Shown piece after piece: positions 59,843-64,000 of a DNA stretch of 64,000 bases (position 1 is its first letter; every line of letters starts with the position of its first letter). The DNA is taken from positions 1,299 through 65,298 of the forward strand of contig DASZUK010000004.1 of assembly GCA_035547695.1 (NCBI GenBank), read 5' to 3'. The notes below the pieces were generated by a model. The model was given only the letters and a program-made list of their open reading frames with translations, did no database searches and was not told the origin of the DNA. Both the position numbers and the translations under genes were made by a program. Origin of the DNA: Acidimicrobiales bacterium. Lineage in GTDB: Bacteria; Actinomycetota; Acidimicrobiia; Acidimicrobiales; RAAP-2.

Positions 59843-62365
59843 GGTCTGCAGGACCACGGTCTGGCCGGGGCGGAGCGCGCCGCCCTTGATCTGGATGTAG
59901 GAGCCCTCGGTCAGGCCGGTCCTGACCGGCACCGTCGTCACCCGGCCGCCCTTGGACAGGTCGATGACGCGCACCACGTCGTGGCCGGCCCCGTTCTGCA
60001 GCACGGCGGCGATCGGGACCGTCAGGGCGTCGTCGACCTGCTGGTCCACCACGTTGATGGTCACCTGCGATCCGTCGGCACCGCTGAAGTCGGAGACCTC
60101 GATGCGGCCCTCGTAGACCTGCGACGACTGCCCCCCCGAGCCCGTCGTCACTGTGGGGGTGCGGTTCAGCTCGGTGATGGTGCCGGTCCCCTGTGTGCCC
60201 TGCCCGGAGATCTGCACCGTGCAGTGCTGGCCGACCTTCAACTTGGTCCGGTCGGCCGCCGTGGCCTGCAGCGTGACGCTCAGGTTGGGCTCGGTGAGCG
60301 ACAGGATGGCGGTGCCGGCCGCCACCGGCTGGCCGGCCTTCACGTAGACCTGGCCGATGCGGATGGGCCAGTGGCCGACGATCATGTCGGTGGGCTCGAA
60401 CTGCACGTCGGTCTGCAGGGTCTGGAGGGCCACGGTGACCTGGGTCTGCCCGGCCCTCAGCAGCGCGGTGCCCGACAGCGGGACGTAGCTCTGCCCGGGC
60501 TCGGCGGTGCCCTGGGCGGTGAAGTTCACCGACGTGTCCTTCACCGGGGGCTGGCTCGCCGTGATCGTGAACGACGCCGACCCGCCCTGGGCGACGCTGG
60601 AGGTGCTCGCCGTCAGGGTCAGCGTCGGGACCACTGTCGACGTGATGGTCGCCGTCGCGCTGTTCGGTGTCCCCACCACGTAACTGCCCGAAGGCGCCAG
60701 CGCCACCGTGAGGACCCGGTCGGCCTCCACTGTGTTGCTGGTCACCGTCGGCACTGTCACCTTGAGCGCCGTCTGGCCGGCCGGGACGACGATGTTGCCC
60801 GGGGGCACCGTGTAGTCGGTTCCCCGGACCGCGGTGCCCGAGTACGAGAGGTGGACGGTGAGGGGCGTGCTGGTGGCCTTGCTGAGCCCCACCGCCAGCG
60901 TGAACGGCTGCCCCTTCTTCAGGTAGGTGGTCGGCGACTGCAGGGTGACGACCGGCTCCGCTCCGGACTCGCTGATGGTGACGACGGCCGACCCGGGGGT
61001 TGTGACGGTGTAGTTGCCCGCCGACGGGGTGACGGACACCGACAGGTACTTGTCCGGCTCGATCACTGTGGTGGCCACGGTCTGGACCGTCACCGTGGCC
61101 GACGTGCTCCCCGCCGGCAGCGTCACCACCGGGTTGACCGGGTCGTAGTCGGTCCCGGCGGTGGCGCTGCCGGTCACCGCCAATCCGACCTGCAGGTCCT
61201 GCAGCGGTGGCTGGCTCGCCGTCACCGTCAACGTGGCCGACGCCCCCGGGGTGACCGTCGTGGCCCCGGTGATGGTCAGGGCCGGCACGTTGGGGTTCTT
61301 GATCGTGGTCTCCGCGACGCCGGGGTTCCCCACGGTGTACCCGGTGCCGGCGGCGACGGAGAGCTCGATGGTGCGGTCCGGCGCCACCGCCGTGGTCACC
61401 CGGGTCTGCACCGTCACCGAGACCTGGGTCGCCCCGGCAGGCAGGGTGACCGACGTGGGGGGCGACACCACGTCCTGCGCCCCGGCCGTGCCCCCCGGGG
61501 TCAGCGACACGGTGAGCGGGTTTGTCACCGCCGCCGACGACGACACCACGAACGTCGCCGGCTGCCCCTGGGCCACCTGGTCGTCGACGGACTGGATGGT
61601 GAGCACCGGTGTCCCTGTGCTGCTGCTGGCGGTGCTGTCGGCGTACGACGCCAACGTGGCGTCGGCCCCGGCGGCCCCGGCGGCCGCCCCGGCCGCGGTC
61701 CCGACACCGGCGCCGGCGCCGGCCCCGGCGGTGCGGTCCCGGCCGGTGGCCAGTGCCGCGGTCTGCGCGGGAGGTGGCCCGATGATCAGCCCGGCGGCGT
61801 CCTGGCTGCCGACCTTGTAGCCGGTGCCCTGCTGGAGGGCCACGGTCACCGACTGCGGGGTGGCCGGGGTGGTGTTGGGGTAGTCGTGCTGGGCCTGCCA
61901 CTGGGCCAGGGCGAACTGGGTCTGCTGGTTGAAGTAGTTGTTCATCGGCCCCGGGTAGTCCCCGGCCGCGGCAAGGATCTGCTTCAACTGCAGCACGTCG
62001 GCCCCCTGGTCGCCCAGGGTGAGGGCCCGGAAGAACCGCACGGTGCCGTCCTCGGCGACGGCCGTCCGGCCGTTGAGGGCGAACATGGCGTCGCCGGCCT
62101 GGGTGGTCGACCCGTTGGTGGCGGTGACGGTGCTCACCAGTCCCTGGTTGGCCGCGTCGACGTTGCGGATCTGCTTCCGGGCCAGGGTGCCACTGAGGGT
62201 CACCGTGTCCTGGAGGGTCCTCGTCTGCACTTGACCGAACACGACGGTCTCGTTCTGCGTGCTCGTCCCCCCGGCGGTGCCGACGATGGCGTAGGCGATG
62301 CCCCCGGCTGCCAGGGCGACGACGCCCACCGCCGCCGCCAGCACCTTCTTGTTCCGCAGGTTCAC
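59828..62365 (-). CDS. membrane-fusion (HlyD/MacA-like) adaptor with PG-binding domain and four Calx-beta-like repeats
   Basis: GTG 62365 follows GGGGGG. The order is: an N-terminal TM (VLAAAVGVVALAAGGIAYAIV); PG_binding_1-like LGDQGADVLQLKQILAAAGDYPGPMNNYFNQQTQFALAQWQ; four repeats of about 108 aa (GSATAGTDYDPV...TLPAGSTSATVTVQTV...EPDKYLSVSV); and the MFP barrel-sandwich, beta-barrel and membrane-proximal end (IRIGQVYVKAGQPVAAGTAILSL ... VPVRTGLTEGSYIQIKGGALRPGQTVV). Confidence 0.85.
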   Translation of the reverse strand: MNLRNKKVLAAAVGVVALAAGGIAYAIVGTAGGTSTQNETVVFGQVQTRTLQDTVTLSGTLARKQIRNVDAANQGLVSTVTATNGSTTQAGDAMFALNGRTAVAEDGTVRFFRALTLGDQGADVLQLKQILAAAGDYPGPMNNYFNQQTQFALAQWQAQHDYPNTTPATPQSVTVALQQGTGYKVGSQDAAGLIIGPPPAQTAALATGRDRTAGAGAGAGVGTAAGAAAGAAGADATLASYADSTASSSTGTPVLTIQSVDDQVAQGQPATFVVSSSAAVTNPLTVSLTPGGTAGAQDVVSPPTSVTLPAGATQVSVTVQTRVTTAVAPDRTIELSVAAGTGYTVGNPGVAETTIKNPNVPALTITGATTVTPGASATLTVTASQPPLQDLQVGLAVTGSATAGTDYDPVNPVVTLPAGSTSATVTVQTVATTVIEPDKYLSVSVTPSAGNYTVTTPGSAVVTISESGAEPVVTLQSPTTYLKKGQPFTLAVGLSKATSTPLTVHLSYSGTAVRGTDYTVPPGNIVVPAGQTALKVTVPTVTSNTVEADRVLTVALAPSGSYVVGTPNSATATITSTVVPTLTLTASTSSVAQGGSASFTITASQPPVKDTSVNFTAQGTAEPGQSYVPLSGTALLRAGQTQVTVALQTLQTDVQFEPTDMIVGHWPIRIGQVYVKAGQPVAAGTAILSLTEPNLSVTLQATAADRTKLKVGQHCTVQISGQGTQGTGTITELNRTPTVTTGSGGQSSQVYEGRIEVSDFSGADGSQVTINVVDQQVDDALTVPIAAVLQNGAGHDVVRVIDLSKGGRVTTVPVRTGLTEGSYIQIKGGALRPGQTVVLQTNQSK

Positions 62366-62376
62366 CGGTTCCCCCC

Positions 62377-62415
62377 GTGTCGTGTTGCCGTGTCGTGTTG
62401 CCGTGTCGTGTGTGC
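62377..62415. repeat. 13-bp tandem repeat x3 immediately upstream of the adaptor start
   Basis: Units: gtgtcgtgttgcc (62377-62389), gtgtcgtgttgcc (62390-62402) and gtgtcgtgtgtgc (62403-62415). Confidence 0.9.
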
Positions 62416-62420
62416 TCGGT

Positions 62421-63095
62421 CTACGTGGCGCCGACCTTGGCCGCACAGGCCTGCAGGTCGGGGCTGGAGAGCAGGGTCTGGCCGGGCGGCGGCGTGAGCT
62501 GTGGCCCTTCACCTGTGCCGCCGAACGAGAACAGCAGGCCCTTGGCGTTCGGGGTGGGCTCCGGGATCTTCCAGCCGCGGCCGATCATGCACTTGCGCCA
62601 CTGGATATAGGCCTTGTTCTGCTTCTTGACCTGGGCCGGCGTCAGGTTGTCCTGCGAGCTCTGGGCGGCCTTGAGGGCGTTGAGGATGTTGCTCTTGCTG
62701 GCGCAGGTGGCCAGCGCCTTGACGTAGTTGGGGTCGTTCACCGGTGTGCCGGCGCCCTTGGCGTTGGGGATGCCGATGAAGGTCACCCCCATGCCGGCCA
62801 GGCAGCCCTGGAAGGAGGCCAGGGCGGTGAACAGGGCCGTCGTCGGGCTCTGCTTGGCCAGCGGGATGGTGCTGCCCACCGTCGCCGCGCCGCCGTGGCC
62901 GCTGCCGGCCGTCGGGAGGTCCGCCTGGGGGATCTGGCCCGATTCGACGAACGTGGTGCCCGCGGACGGGTCACCGCCTCCGCAACCGGCTGCCAGGCCG
63001 CCGGCGGCCAGGACCGCCATGACGGCCAGCACGACGCCACCCCGACGAACCAGTGCGCCGCGCGCCGGATTTTCGTCAGTCCCCCCCGGACGCAC
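62421..63095 (-). CDS. orphan lipoprotein, first gene of the MacB-type operon
   Basis: From GTG 63095 it reads VRPGGTDENPARGALVRRGGVVLAVMAVLAAGGLAAGC (lipobox LAAGC). The mature part has 4 further Cys and is K/N/Q-richer than its neighbours. No family was recognised. Confidence 0.62.
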   Translation of the reverse strand: MRPGGTDENPARGALVRRGGVVLAVMAVLAAGGLAAGCGGGDPSAGTTFVESGQIPQADLPTAGSGHGGAATVGSTIPLAKQSPTTALFTALASFQGCLAGMGVTFIGIPNAKGAGTPVNDPNYVKALATCASKSNILNALKAAQSSQDNLTPAQVKKQNKAYIQWRKCMIGRGWKIPEPTPNAKGLLFSFGGTGEGPQLTPPPGQTLLSSPDLQACAAKVGAT

Positions 63096-63133
63096 GTCGA
63101 AGGACACTACAAGACCACAGGTCAACGGAACAG

Positions 63134-63211
63134 CCCACCGCCGTCCCGGCGCCATCCCACCGCCGTCCCGGCACGGCGCCGGCACCGTCCGGGCACGGCG
63201 CCGGCACCGTC
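63134..63211. repeat. two adjacent 22-bp-period tandem duplications in the lipoprotein-operon / ileS divergent region
   Basis: cccaccgccgtcccggc occurs at 63134 and 63156. ggcacggcgccggcaccgtc occurs at 63170 and 63192. Confidence 0.88.
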
Positions 63212-63289
63212 GGACGGACCGACCGGTGCGACCCTCTAGTCTTTCCGGAGCCGTTCCTGCCCACCCCGACGCCCTGACCAGGAGATCCC

Positions 63290-64000
63290 GTGTTCCGCCC
63301 CGTGCCACCCGACGCCGACTTCGTCGCCCTGGAGCAGGCCGAGCTGGACCGTTGGCGGGAGCACGGCATCTTCGAACGGTCGGTGGCCCAGCGGGAGGGG
63401 GCGGAGCCGTGGACGTTCTACGAGGGCCCCCCCACCGCCAACGGCCGGCCCGGCCTGCACCACGTGTGGGCGCGGGTCTACAAGGACCTGTTCTGCCGGT
63501 ACCGCACCATGCGCGGCTACCAGGTGGCCCGGCGGGCCGGCTGGGACACCCACGGCCTCCCCGTCGAGGTGGAGGTGGAGAAGAAGCTGGGCATCTCCGG
63601 CAAGCGGCAGATCGAAGAGGGGGTGGGCATCGCCGAGTTCACCCGGCTCTGCAAGGAGTCGGTGCTCGGCTACGTGGAGGACTGGCGGCGGCTGACCGAG
63701 CGCATCGGCTACTGGGTGGACCTGGACAGCGCGTACTGGACGTTCGACCCGTCCTACGTCGAGTCGGTGTGGTGGCTGCTCAAGAACCTGTTCGACCAGG
63801 GCCTGCTGTACGAGGACCTGAAGGTGGTGCCGTACTGCCCCCGCTGCGGCACCGCCCTGTCCAGCCACGAGCTGGGGCAACCGGACGTGTACAGCGACGA
63901 GGAGGACGAGTCCGCCTACGTGATCCTGCCGCTGGTGGACCCGGACCCGGCGGTGGTCGGCCGGGCTGGCGACGGCCGGGCTGGCGACGGCGGGGCTGGT
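63290..64000 (+). CDS. ileS: isoleucine--tRNA ligase, N-terminal part (runs off right edge)
   Basis: Hand translation from GTG 63290 (AGGAG 5 nt upstream) gives VFRPVPPDADFVALEQAELDRWREHGIFERSV...FYEGPPTANGRPGLHHVWARVYKDLFCRYRTMRGYQVARRAGWDTHGLPVEVEVEKKLG. This matches the actinobacterial type-2 IleS N-terminus with its HIGH-region variant. It is not in the ORF track because there is no stop in the window. Confidence 0.88.
   Translation, partial: MFRPVPPDADFVALEQAELDRWREHGIFERSVAQREGAEPWTFYEGPPTANGRPGLHHVWARVYKDLFCRYRTMRGYQVARRAGWDTHGLPVEVEVEKKLGISGKRQIEEGVGIAEFTRLCKESVLGYVEDWRRLTERIGYWVDLDSAYWTFDPSYVESVWWLLKNLFDQGLLYEDLKVVPYCPRCGTALSSHELGQPDVYSDEEDESAYVILPLVDPDPAVVGRAGDGRAGDGGAG

Noticed and set aside
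63096-63289. T-box leader upstream of ileS, as known for actinobacterial ileS.
   Set aside because: I could not find the conserved T-box sequence (GGUGGUACCGCG-like) or a recognisable specifier loop or K-turn. I saw only a possible SD-sequestering pairing (TTCCTG ... CAGGAG) and GC-rich tandem duplications. The 194-nt region also has to hold the divergent operon promoter. A cmsearch with RF00230 would settle it.

Overview
This is 64 kb of a very high-G+C, Actinomycetota-like chromosome. Supporting signs are LLM/F420-type oxidoreductases, a mycothiol-amidase-like PIG-L protein, frequent GTG/TTG starts and 4-nt start/stop overlaps. I support about 58 protein-coding genes, nearly all metabolic or transport. 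I saw no rRNA, tRNA, CRISPR array, transposase or integrase. Many long ORFs in the supplied track are R/P/G-rich shadow frames and were discarded. Several start codons were re-chosen by hand. Main blocks: (i) 0.5-12.7 kb holds aminotransferase, LLM, SnoaL, NDP-forming acyl-CoA synthetase and amidohydrolase catabolic genes. (ii) 14.5-27.3 kb holds a long minus-strand gene array plus a divergent aldehyde-dehydrogenase/alanine-dehydrogenase pair, read as Lrp-controlled omega-amine catabolism. (iii) 33.0-40.1 kb holds histidine phosphatase, ComA (phosphosulfolactate synthase), VOC, an adenylating enzyme and two AT3 acyltransferases, with a convergent SGNH hydrolase. This is a candidate undescribed sulfonate-acyl envelope-modification system. 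(iv) 46.5-55.8 kb holds a GntR regulator, a BMP-type ABC importer, a twin isochorismatase, an amidase and an AtzH-like protein, read as a ureide-type hydrolysis operon. (v) 57.2-63.1 kb holds a MacB/FtsX ABC exporter led by an orphan lipoprotein. Its 845-aa adaptor carries a PG-binding domain and four Calx-beta-like repeats. Two low-G+C islets look horizontally acquired: 8.6-9.3 kb (orphan secreted protein) and 12.7-13.6 kb (frameshifted DUF3800). Non-coding highlights are a GGGGCCCC-centred intercistronic repeat family with compensatory stem changes (3 copies), operator-like repeats in divergent promoters, and recurrent perfect short tandem duplications placed exactly at gene termini.
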